DNA of 64,000 nt, from assembly GCA_903928015.1 (NCBI GenBank), contig CAIYPF010000143.1:2980-66979 (forward strand), given 5' to 3'. The notes under the pieces were generated by a model. It searched no databases, was not told the origin of the DNA, and saw only the letters and a program-made list of their open reading frames with translations. The stretch is from an uncultured Gammaproteobacteria bacterium. GTDB taxonomy: Bacteria > Pseudomonadota > Gammaproteobacteria > Pseudomonadales > UBA5518. Position numbers and translations under genes: made by a program. This document shows, in pieces, positions 1-8,028 of this stretch; the first letter of the stretch is position 1, and each line of letters begins with the position of its first letter.

Positions 1-774
1 CAAGTGATCGTGCAGGGTGGCCGCGCAGTGGGCGTGGCACTCGAAAACGGCGATGAGTTCCGCGCAAAAGCGGTTCTGTCGGCAGCCGATCCCAAGCGCA
101 CCTTCCTGCAGTTCGTGGAACCCAGGCACTTCCCGGACGAAGTGACCACGGCGCTGCGCAATTTCCGCATCCGCGGCTCCTCGGGCAAGGTGAACATCGC
201 GCTCTCCGAACTCCCGGATTTCACCGCACTTCCGGGCGAAGGAGCGCTGCATCGCGGTGCGATCTCGATCAGCCCGAGCATCGAGTACATCGAGCGCGCC
301 TATGACGACGCGAAGTACGGGAGCTTCTCCAGGAACCCGTATCTGGACATCATCATCCCCTCGAAGATCGACCCCGACATGGCCCCGCCCGGCCACCACG
401 TGATGTCCTGCTTCGTGCAGTACTGCCCCTTCGACATCGAGGGCGGCTGGGACGATGCCAAGCGCGATGCCTTCGGCGAGACGGTGATTTCCACGCTCGA
501 GCAGTACGCGCCGAACATCCGCCGGGCGATCGTGGGCGCACAGGTACTCACGCCTGCCGACATCCAGCGCATCGCCGGCATCACGGGCGGCAATATCATG
601 CACGGCGAACTGCTGCTACATCAGCTGTTCTTCCTGCGCCCCACTCCGCAGTGGGCCGACTTCCGCACGCCGCTTGACGGCTATTACTTCGGCGCGGCAG
701 GCGCGCACCCGGGCGGAGGCGTGATGGGCGCCGCCGGCAAGATGGCCGCGACCGCGATACTCGAGGACTGGTGA
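1..774 (+). CDS. FAD-dependent oxidoreductase, CrtI/phytoene-desaturase-like family (C-terminal part; 5' end outside window)
   Basis: Frame 1 is open from base 1 to TGA 772-774. The tail ...FFLRPTPQWADFRTPLDGYYFGAAGAHPGGGVMGAAG is visibly paralogous to the tail of the next ORF (FFFMRPLPNWSDHRTPIAGLVLCGSGVHGGGGISGATG). Confidence 0.7.
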   Translation, partial: QVIVQGGRAVGVALENGDEFRAKAVLSAADPKRTFLQFVEPRHFPDEVTTALRNFRIRGSSGKVNIALSELPDFTALPGEGALHRGAISISPSIEYIERAYDDAKYGSFSRNPYLDIIIPSKIDPDMAPPGHHVMSCFVQYCPFDIEGGWDDAKRDAFGETVISTLEQYAPNIRRAIVGAQVLTPADIQRIAGITGGNIMHGELLLHQLFFLRPTPQWADFRTPLDGYYFGAAGAHPGGGVMGAAGKMAATAILEDW

Positions 775-2288
775 GCCCTATGAACAGCTACGACGCAATC
801 GTGATCGGTGCGGGGCACAACGGCCTCGTCACCGCGAATTACCTCGCACGGGCTGGCAAGCGCGTGCTGGTGCTGGAACGGCGTGCGATACCGGGCGGCC
901 AGGCCGTGACGGAATCCTTCGGAGAAGACTGGACCGTCGACTCCCTGCACGCCGGAGGCATGCTGCGCCCGGACATCGTGCGCGACCTGGGCCTCAATAT
1001 CCCGGCACCCGCGCCACAGGCATTCACTGCACACACCGACCAGGGCGTACTGCGCATCGGGCCAACCCTCACCGACGCCGCCTCTATCGAATCGATACGC
1101 GCCTTCAGCGCAGCAGATGCCACGCGCTGGCCGGAATTCGTCGCCTTCATGAACAGCTGCGCGCAAATGCTCGATGCGGTCTACGCCGTACCCATGCCGC
1201 GCGAACTGCCGCACGTGGACCTGCGCCGCGAAGGCCTGCCGATGGCAAAACTCGCGCTGCGCCTGCGCCGCATGGGCAAGCGCGACATGTTCCGTTTCAT
1301 CCGCGCCCTGCCGATGACCTCGCTGGAGCTTTTCGAGGAGTGGTTCGAGTCCGTGGCGCTGCGCGCGGCGCTGGCCTCCGTAGCAATCCACGGCCACACG
1401 CTGGGCCCGATGTCAGCGGGCACGGGCTACACGCTGATGCACAACTGGCTGAACCGCGGCGGCCTGGCCGCCCCTCAGCACGCAGCCGGCACCGGCAGCA
1501 TCGTGCGCGCGCTGACTGAAGCCCTGCTGGCCGCACGCGGCGAGATCCGCACCGGATCGGCCGTGCAGAAGGTACTGATCGAACGCTCCAGGGCCGTGGG
1601 TGTGCGCCTCGCCAGTGGCGAGGAAATCCGCGCAGCGGTGGTGTTCTCGGGTGCGGACCCGCGGCACACGCTGCTTGCGCTTGCGGGCGAGCGCGAACTG
1701 GCGCCCGAATTCAGCTGGCACGCACGCAACATCAAGATGCGCGGCGCCGTCGCCAAGGTGCACTTCCGGACCGACGGCCGTCACGGCATCGCGGCGGGTA
1801 CGCACGCTGTGGCGGCATCGCTCAAGCACATGGAACGCGCCTACGACGCATCGAAGTACCACGAGATCGCAACTGCGCCCTACCTCGAGGTGAGCACACG
1901 AGGCGAGACCGTCTCCGTGCACTTCCAGTACGCGCCGTACAAGCTCAAGTCCGGCGACTGGGCGAGCGAGGGCAAGCGTCTCGAGGAGATCGCGCTCGCC
2001 ACCCTCGCGCCGCTCTTCCCCGCGCTGGCCGCATCCGTTCGCGGCAGTCGCGTCCTGACGCCGATGGACCTCGAACGCGAGTACGGGCTCACCGAAGGCG
2101 ACGTGAACCACGGCCAACTGGCGATGGATCAGTTCTTCTTCATGCGCCCCTTGCCGAACTGGTCAGACCACCGCACGCCGATCGCGGGCCTCGTGCTCTG
2201 CGGCAGCGGTGTGCACGGCGGTGGCGGCATCAGCGGTGCCACCGGACGCAACGCGGCGAAGCAATACCTCGGAGGCAGAGTCGGCTAG
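771..2288 (+). CDS. NAD(P)/FAD-dependent oxidoreductase, CrtI/phytoene-desaturase-like
   Basis: 505-aa ORF. N-terminal dinucleotide-binding motif YDAIVIGAGHNGLVTANYLARAGKRVLVLE. GTG 771 overlaps the upstream stop (GTGA); an in-frame ATG at 780 is an alternative start. Confidence 0.85.
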   Translation: MSPMNSYDAIVIGAGHNGLVTANYLARAGKRVLVLERRAIPGGQAVTESFGEDWTVDSLHAGGMLRPDIVRDLGLNIPAPAPQAFTAHTDQGVLRIGPTLTDAASIESIRAFSAADATRWPEFVAFMNSCAQMLDAVYAVPMPRELPHVDLRREGLPMAKLALRLRRMGKRDMFRFIRALPMTSLELFEEWFESVALRAALASVAIHGHTLGPMSAGTGYTLMHNWLNRGGLAAPQHAAGTGSIVRALTEALLAARGEIRTGSAVQKVLIERSRAVGVRLASGEEIRAAVVFSGADPRHTLLALAGERELAPEFSWHARNIKMRGAVAKVHFRTDGRHGIAAGTHAVAASLKHMERAYDASKYHEIATAPYLEVSTRGETVSVHFQYAPYKLKSGDWASEGKRLEEIALATLAPLFPALAASVRGSRVLTPMDLEREYGLTEGDVNHGQLAMDQFFFMRPLPNWSDHRTPIAGLVLCGSGVHGGGGISGATGRNAAKQYLGGRVG

Positions 2289-2322
2289 GCTATGGGTCCA
2301 CCCTGCAAGCCGGGAACGGACC

Positions 2323-3816
2323 ATGAGCCAGAGCAACACTTCGCAATCCCGAGGCCTCGCGCGGGCTGACACCCTCGATCACATCGCAGACGTGGTGGTG
2401 GTCGGTTGCGGGGCCGCCGGTGCCAGCACGGCCATCGCCGCCGCGGAGGCCGGGGCATCTGTCATCGTGCTCGAGGCCGCGAGCGCCGGCGGCGGCACCA
2501 CCGCCATGGCAGGCGGACTGATCTACATGGGCTGCGGCACGCCCATCCAGACGGCCTGCGGCTTCAGCGACACGCCCGAGGCGATGTACGAATACCTGAT
2601 CCGTGCGAGCGGTCCGAACGCCGACCCGGAGCGCGTGCGCCTCTACGTCGATGGCAGCCTCGGCCACTACGACTGGCTGGTGGCGCAGGGCATGGAATTC
2701 AAGCCCGAGTACTACCCGACCAAGAACACCAACACACCCGGCGACGAGTGCCTCATCTACACGGGCAACGAAGCCTGCACCGGCTTTTCCGAATACGCCG
2801 CCCCCGTGCCGCGCGGGCACAAGGGCCGCGCCATGGGTGAAGGCGGCGGCAGCATGCTTATGGAAAAGCTGATCGCCTCTGCCACCGCGAAGGGCGTGCG
2901 CATCCTCTGTGACACCCGCGCGCGCTCGACCATCGTCGATGACAGCGGCGCGGTCATCGGCATAGCAGCGCGCAGCGAGGGGCGCGAGATCCTGATCGGC
3001 GCACGCCGCGCCGTGGTGCTCTGCGCGGGAGGTTTCATCATGAACACCGAGATGGTCTCCCGGCACGCACCCTGGCTGCAGAACCACACCACGCTGAACG
3101 GCAATCCCAACGACGATGGCTCGGGCATCCGCATCGGCCTCGGCGCCGGCGGCGCCGCGATGAACATGAACGAGGGTTTTGTCTGCCTGCCCTTCTACCC
3201 GCCGGCGAGCTTTGTCGAGGCCATCATGGTCGACAGCCGCGGCCAGCGTTTCATCAACGAGGACTGCTACCACGGCCGCATGGGCGAGGCGATCCTCAAG
3301 CGCTACCCCGAGCGCCACTTCATGGTGGTGGACGCAGGTCATCTGAGCGATTTCAACCGCCCGCCGCTGGGGGGCTTCCGCGTGACCGCAACCGGCGACA
3401 CGGCAGAGGAACTCGAAGCGGAGCTCGGCATGCAGCCCGACACGCTCGCGCACACCATCCGCGTCTACAACCGCCATGCCCTGGAGGGCGGCGACCCGCT
3501 GTTCCGCAAGCACGCAGACTATGTGCGCCCGCTGGAAGGGCCATATGCCGCCTGCGAGGTCACGCCCGGCTCAGGCGCGTTCTTCCCTGTGTTCACACTC
3601 GGGGGCCTGCGTGCACGGGCCACGGGCGAGGTGCTCGACGAGGAAGGCAACGCGATACCCGGCCTCTTCAGCGCCGGGCGCAACAGCTGCGGATTGCCGC
3701 GTTCGGGCGCGGGCTATTCCAGCGGCATGTCGATCGGCGATGCCACTTTCTTCGGGCGTCTGGCCGGGCGCAGCGCCGCTGAATCACCCGTTCGGACCAT
3801 GACCACCGCGCGCTGA
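2323..3816 (+). CDS. FAD-binding dehydrogenase, fumarate-reductase/KstD-like flavoprotein family
   Basis: ATG 2323 (MSQSNTS...) chosen inside the longer ORF 2209-3816. Motifs DVVVVGCGAAGASTAIAAAEAGASVIVLE, GGFIMNTEM and the C-terminal DATFFGRLAGRSAAE. Clear paralogue of the CDS at 47361-48821. Confidence 0.8.
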   Translation: MSQSNTSQSRGLARADTLDHIADVVVVGCGAAGASTAIAAAEAGASVIVLEAASAGGGTTAMAGGLIYMGCGTPIQTACGFSDTPEAMYEYLIRASGPNADPERVRLYVDGSLGHYDWLVAQGMEFKPEYYPTKNTNTPGDECLIYTGNEACTGFSEYAAPVPRGHKGRAMGEGGGSMLMEKLIASATAKGVRILCDTRARSTIVDDSGAVIGIAARSEGREILIGARRAVVLCAGGFIMNTEMVSRHAPWLQNHTTLNGNPNDDGSGIRIGLGAGGAAMNMNEGFVCLPFYPPASFVEAIMVDSRGQRFINEDCYHGRMGEAILKRYPERHFMVVDAGHLSDFNRPPLGGFRVTATGDTAEELEAELGMQPDTLAHTIRVYNRHALEGGDPLFRKHADYVRPLEGPYAACEVTPGSGAFFPVFTLGGLRARATGEVLDEEGNAIPGLFSAGRNSCGLPRSGAGYSSGMSIGDATFFGRLAGRSAAESPVRTMTTAR

Positions 3817-3865
3817 TACGACTATCGTCCACCGTTCACCGCACACATCTGCGAGAGCTTCCGCC

Positions 3866-4912
3866 ATGACCCACGCCGAAGACGCGCCCTACCGAATCGA
3901 ATCCGCGAAAATCCCCGAGCGCTACGCGCGCGGCTGGCATTGCTTGGGTCTCGCGTCGGACTACACCGCAGAACCGCAGATGCTCACGTACTTCGGTACC
4001 CGCCTCGTGGCCTACCGGGGCGAAGACGGGGTCGTCAGGGTCATGGACGCCTTCTGCCCGCACATGGGCGGCAACCTTGCAAAGGGCAAGGTCTGCGGCA
4101 ATTCCATCGTCTGCCCCTTCCATGCATGGAGCTGGGGACCGGATGGCCGCTGCGACCACATCCCCTATGCCAACCGCATTCCGGCCAAGGCTCTCATCAA
4201 GTCCTGGCCCACGATGGAAGAGAACCACCTTCTTTTCGTCTGGAACGATCCCGAGAACCAGCCGCCCATACAGGAACAGCAGCCTCCCCGCGAGGAGCAC
4301 TGCTTCAGCCCGGACTGGTCGGCGTGGCACATCGAGAAGATGACCATCCACACCAACGCGCGCGAACTCGTCGACAACATGGCGGACTGGGCGCACTTCC
4401 CGACCGTGCACGGCGCCGCCTGCACACGCTTCCGCAATATCGTCGAGGGACACAACTACACGCAGGAGTTCTGGGGCTACAGCGAACGCCTTGCCGAAGG
4501 CAGCGAGCTCTTCTCCCGCGCGATCTACCACGGCCCTGCCTACATGCTCACCTACCAGAGCGGCAAGTTCGACGGCGTCGACATGGAGGTACGCCTGCTG
4601 GTGAGCCATGTACCCATCGACACCGAGAGTTTCGACCTGCGCTTCGGCGTGCTGGTGCGCAAGGACCCGAATCTCGACGACGAACAGAACGCTGCCGTGG
4701 TGGCCGGTTATGCCGAGGCAAACCGCTACGCCTTTTTCCAGGACGTCGAGATCTGGCACACCAAGTGCCGCGTCGACAACCCGCTGCTCTGCGATGGTGA
4801 CGGCCCGATCCACAAGCTCAGGCAGTGGTACGCGCAGTTCTATGTGGATCGAGCCGAGGTGCCTGCAGCCTTTGCGGAGCGCAAGGTCTACGACCGCACG
4901 CCGCGCGCCTGA
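3866..4912 (+). CDS. Rieske [2Fe-2S] non-haem-iron oxygenase, KshA (3-ketosteroid 9-alpha-hydroxylase)-like
   Basis: 348-aa ORF. Rieske ligands CPHMGGNL...CPFHAWSW, and an N-terminal RGWHCLG motif typical of KshA-type oxygenases. Confidence 0.8.
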   Translation: MTHAEDAPYRIESAKIPERYARGWHCLGLASDYTAEPQMLTYFGTRLVAYRGEDGVVRVMDAFCPHMGGNLAKGKVCGNSIVCPFHAWSWGPDGRCDHIPYANRIPAKALIKSWPTMEENHLLFVWNDPENQPPIQEQQPPREEHCFSPDWSAWHIEKMTIHTNARELVDNMADWAHFPTVHGAACTRFRNIVEGHNYTQEFWGYSERLAEGSELFSRAIYHGPAYMLTYQSGKFDGVDMEVRLLVSHVPIDTESFDLRFGVLVRKDPNLDDEQNAAVVAGYAEANRYAFFQDVEIWHTKCRVDNPLLCDGDGPIHKLRQWYAQFYVDRAEVPAAFAERKVYDRTPRA

Positions 4913-4926
4913 ATCCGGTGCACGGA

Positions 4927-5688
4927 ATGGCTCCACTCGACGTCACGGGCTACGCGGTATTGCTCGTCACGGGCGTGCTCGCCGGCATCATCAACACGCT
5001 GGCTGGCGGTGGCTCGAATCTCACGATACCCGCGCTGATGATGCTCGGCATGCCTGCCGACATCGCCAACGCGACCAACCGCGTGGGGATCATGCTGCAA
5101 TCGCTCGTGGGGCTGCAGGGATTCCACAGCCGCGGCAAACTCGAGACCGCAGACCTCGGACCCGTCCTGTTGCCGAATCTGCTCGGCGGCATCGTGGGCG
5201 CGCTGCTCGCGGCCTGGCTGCCAGCCACCACGCTGAAGCCTGTGCTCCTCGCCACGATGCTCGGCTGCGCTCTCCTCATCCTGCTCCGCCCGGACATAGT
5301 CGAGCCACCCGCGGGAACGGTGCCGTTCCGGGTGAATGAGCGCCCCTCGGCCTGGTGGGGACTGTTCGTGGCGGGAATCTACGGGGGCTTCGTGCACGCA
5401 GGCGTGGGCTTCGTGCTGATCACCGTGCTCTGCGGGACCCTGCGCTACGATCTGGTACGCAGCAACGCGCTGAAGATGCTCTGCACCTGCGCATTCACGG
5501 TGGTGGCGCTGCTGATATTCATCGCGGACGGACTGGTGCGCTGGACGCCGGGCCTGATCCTCGGCGTCGCGACCATGGCGGGAGCCTCGATCGCCGTACG
5601 CATAGCGGTCAAGGCAAGTCCCCGGCTGCTGCGGTGGTTTCTCTTCCTGATGACGCTCTGCGCGAGCGCAGCGGCGATGTTCGCCTGA
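4927..5688 (+). CDS. TauE/SafE-family (sulfite-exporter-like) integral membrane protein
   Basis: ATG 4927 (MAPLDVTGYAVLLVTGVLAGIINTLAGGGSNLTIPALMMLG). Multi-pass hydrophobic protein with the GGG-x-L-x-x-P motif of the family. Confidence 0.7.
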   Translation: MAPLDVTGYAVLLVTGVLAGIINTLAGGGSNLTIPALMMLGMPADIANATNRVGIMLQSLVGLQGFHSRGKLETADLGPVLLPNLLGGIVGALLAAWLPATTLKPVLLATMLGCALLILLRPDIVEPPAGTVPFRVNERPSAWWGLFVAGIYGGFVHAGVGFVLITVLCGTLRYDLVRSNALKMLCTCAFTVVALLIFIADGLVRWTPGLILGVATMAGASIAVRIAVKASPRLLRWFLFLMTLCASAAAMFA

Positions 5689-5691
5689 AGC

Positions 5692-6360
5692 CTAGACCAG
5701 TCCGCTGACCGGCAAGAGCACGCCGTGCACGGCACGCGCGGCATCGCTGCCCAGAAAGCACATCACCGCTGCAAGATCATCCACGCCCACCCAGCGCGAG
5801 TAGTCCGAGCCGGGCATGTCGGCGCGGTTGCGCGGGGTATCGATCAGGCTCGGCAGCACGGCGTTCACGTTGATGCCCTGATCCTTCAGTTCCGCCGAGA
5901 GGCTCTCGGTGAGGCGCATGACCACGCTTTTCGCGGAGGTGTAGGCGCTCATGCATCCCTGCCCCTTCAGCGCACCCAGTGCGCCCACGTTGACGATGCT
6001 GCCGCGTCCCGCCTCGATCATCCCCGGTACGACCGCACGCACGGCGTTCTGCAGCGTGCGGACGTTGATCGAGAACATCTGCTCCCACTCGGTGTCGCTC
6101 ACCTCCCAGGTGCGCGGGCCCATGCTGAAACCGCCAGCCACGTTCATCAGCACATCCACTGCCCCGAGGCTCGCGAAACACGCCGCAGTGGCTGCGGCAT
6201 CGGCGAGATCCACCACATGGCAGCCAGGGCCAGCGCCCGGGGGAAAGGCGATATCGAGCTGGACAACCCCGGCGCCGGATGCCTCCGCACGCGCGACCAC
6301 GGCACGCCCGAGGGCACCGCCTGCACCTGTCACCACCACACGCTTGCCCTGCAGATCCAT
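5692..6360 (-). CDS. Short-chain dehydrogenase/reductase (SDR)
   Basis: 222 aa. VVVTGAGGALGRAV cofactor motif and YTSAK catalytic YxxxK. Confidence 0.85.
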   Translation of the reverse strand: MDLQGKRVVVTGAGGALGRAVVARAEASGAGVVQLDIAFPPGAGPGCHVVDLADAAATAACFASLGAVDVLMNVAGGFSMGPRTWEVSDTEWEQMFSINVRTLQNAVRAVVPGMIEAGRGSIVNVGALGALKGQGCMSAYTSAKSVVMRLTESLSAELKDQGINVNAVLPSLIDTPRNRADMPGSDYSRWVGVDDLAAVMCFLGSDAARAVHGVLLPVSGLV

Positions 6361-6425
6361 GCGATCAGACCTCTGTGTTGAAGGGTGCCGAGTCTAGCGT
6401 CCGCAACGGCGCGGGATAAGCCACC

Positions 6426-7952
6426 TCACCCCGGCAAGCGGAATTCGAGACCCTGCGCGAGCACCGGGCGCTCGCCGTGGAAGACCGTACTGGTCTGGCG
6501 TCGCATATAGGCTTTCCATGCATCGGAGCCGGCTTCGCGTCCGCCGCCCGTTTCCTTCTCGCCGCCGAAGGCGCCGCCGATTTCCGCGCCGCTGGTGCCG
6601 ATGTTGACGTTGGCAATGCCGCAGTCGGAACCGGCAGCGGAGAGCCAACGCTCGGCCGAGCGCAGGTCACGGGTGAAGAGCGCCGAAGACAGGCCGAAGC
6701 GCGAGGCATTGTTCATGGCGATGCCCTCCTCCAGCGTGTCGAAAGGCATGACGTAGAGAATGGGCGCGAAAGTTTCCTGCTGCACGCAGGCCATGTCGTT
6801 GCGGGCACGGAGGATGGTGGGCTGAACGAAATGCCCGGCACCCTCGATGCGCTTGCCGCCGCACACGAGCTCCGCACCCTCTGCAATCGCAGCTGCCACG
6901 GTGGCTTCGAAGGCGCGCACCGCGTCGGCGTCCACAAGCGGCCCCATCAGGGTCGAGGGCTCCAGCGGATCGCCCACCTTCACCTGCGCATAGGCAGCGG
7001 CAAGCGATGAAACAAGCTCCTGCTCGCGCGAGCGGTGCACGATCAGGCGGCGCGTGGTGGTGCAGCGCTGGCCGGCAGTCCCCACCGCACCGAAGACGAT
7101 GGAGGGGAGCGCGAGACCGGGATCGGCGTCGTGATCGACGATGATGGCGTTGTTTCCGGAGAGCTCCAGCAGGTACTTGCCGAAACGCCCCGCCACACCC
7201 GAGGCCACCGCGCGCCCCACGCGCGAGGAGCCGGTGAAGCTCAGAAGGTCCACGGCCGGATCCTCCACCATTCGACGCGCCAGAACATTCTCCGGCCCAT
7301 CGACCAGCAACTGGAACACCGGCGGAGCGCCGTTGCGCTCGAGAACGCCATTGCAGATTTTCTGGACGGCGATGGCGGTCAGCGGCGACTTGGGCGAGGG
7401 TTTCCATACCGTGGCATTGCCGCAGATGGCTGACAGGAAGGCATTCCAGCTCCACACCGCCACCGGGAAGTTGAAGGCGGTCATCACGGCCACCACGCCG
7501 AGCGGATGCCAGAGTTCGCGCATGGCGTGATCGGGACGCTCGGACGGCAGCGTGAGGCCGTAGAGCATGCGACTCTGGCCGACCGCGAAGTCCGCCATGT
7601 CGATCATCTCCTGCACCTCGCCGTCGCCCTCGGCCTTGATCTTTCCGACCTCCAGACTCACCAGCGAACCGAGCGCGTCCTTGTGCTGGCGCAGCGCATC
7701 GCCGATCTGTCTCACGATCTCGCCGCGCTTGGGCGCGGGCACCGTGCGCCAGGCGAGCGCAGCTTCACGCGCCACCGCCATCACGCGCGCGTAATCCTCG
7801 CTCCCCGCACAACGCACAGTGGCAAGCAGTTCCCCGTTCGCGGGGTTGCGCGACTCCAGCACCGCAGCGCCCGCAGCGGCGTGCCAATTACCGGGGCCAG
7901 AGCAGGCGCCGTCCTCCGGAGATTCGATTCCCAAGCGGCCAAGTACGTTCAC
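6426..7952 (-). CDS. Aldehyde dehydrogenase, ALDH7/AmaB-like (piperideine-6-carboxylate / aminoadipate-semialdehyde dehydrogenase type)
   Basis: GTG 7952 is preceded by GGAGA (7957-7962 on the + strand) and is preferred over the longer ORF start at 8021. Motifs PAPKRGEIVRQIGDAL, GKIKAEGDGEVQEMIDMADFAVG, ELSGNNAIIV and catalytic-Cys context AGQRCTTTRRL. Confidence 0.8.
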   Translation of the reverse strand: MNVLGRLGIESPEDGACSGPGNWHAAAGAAVLESRNPANGELLATVRCAGSEDYARVMAVAREAALAWRTVPAPKRGEIVRQIGDALRQHKDALGSLVSLEVGKIKAEGDGEVQEMIDMADFAVGQSRMLYGLTLPSERPDHAMRELWHPLGVVAVMTAFNFPVAVWSWNAFLSAICGNATVWKPSPKSPLTAIAVQKICNGVLERNGAPPVFQLLVDGPENVLARRMVEDPAVDLLSFTGSSRVGRAVASGVAGRFGKYLLELSGNNAIIVDHDADPGLALPSIVFGAVGTAGQRCTTTRRLIVHRSREQELVSSLAAAYAQVKVGDPLEPSTLMGPLVDADAVRAFEATVAAAIAEGAELVCGGKRIEGAGHFVQPTILRARNDMACVQQETFAPILYVMPFDTLEEGIAMNNASRFGLSSALFTRDLRSAERWLSAAGSDCGIANVNIGTSGAEIGGAFGGEKETGGGREAGSDAWKAYMRRQTSTVFHGERPVLAQGLEFRLPG

Positions 7953-8028
7953 GGATGTCTCCTGCTGCGTCTGCCGTTTGCCCGCCCTGCAGCGAAGTGC
8001 ACACGCGGCGGGCACCGGCATCGGATGT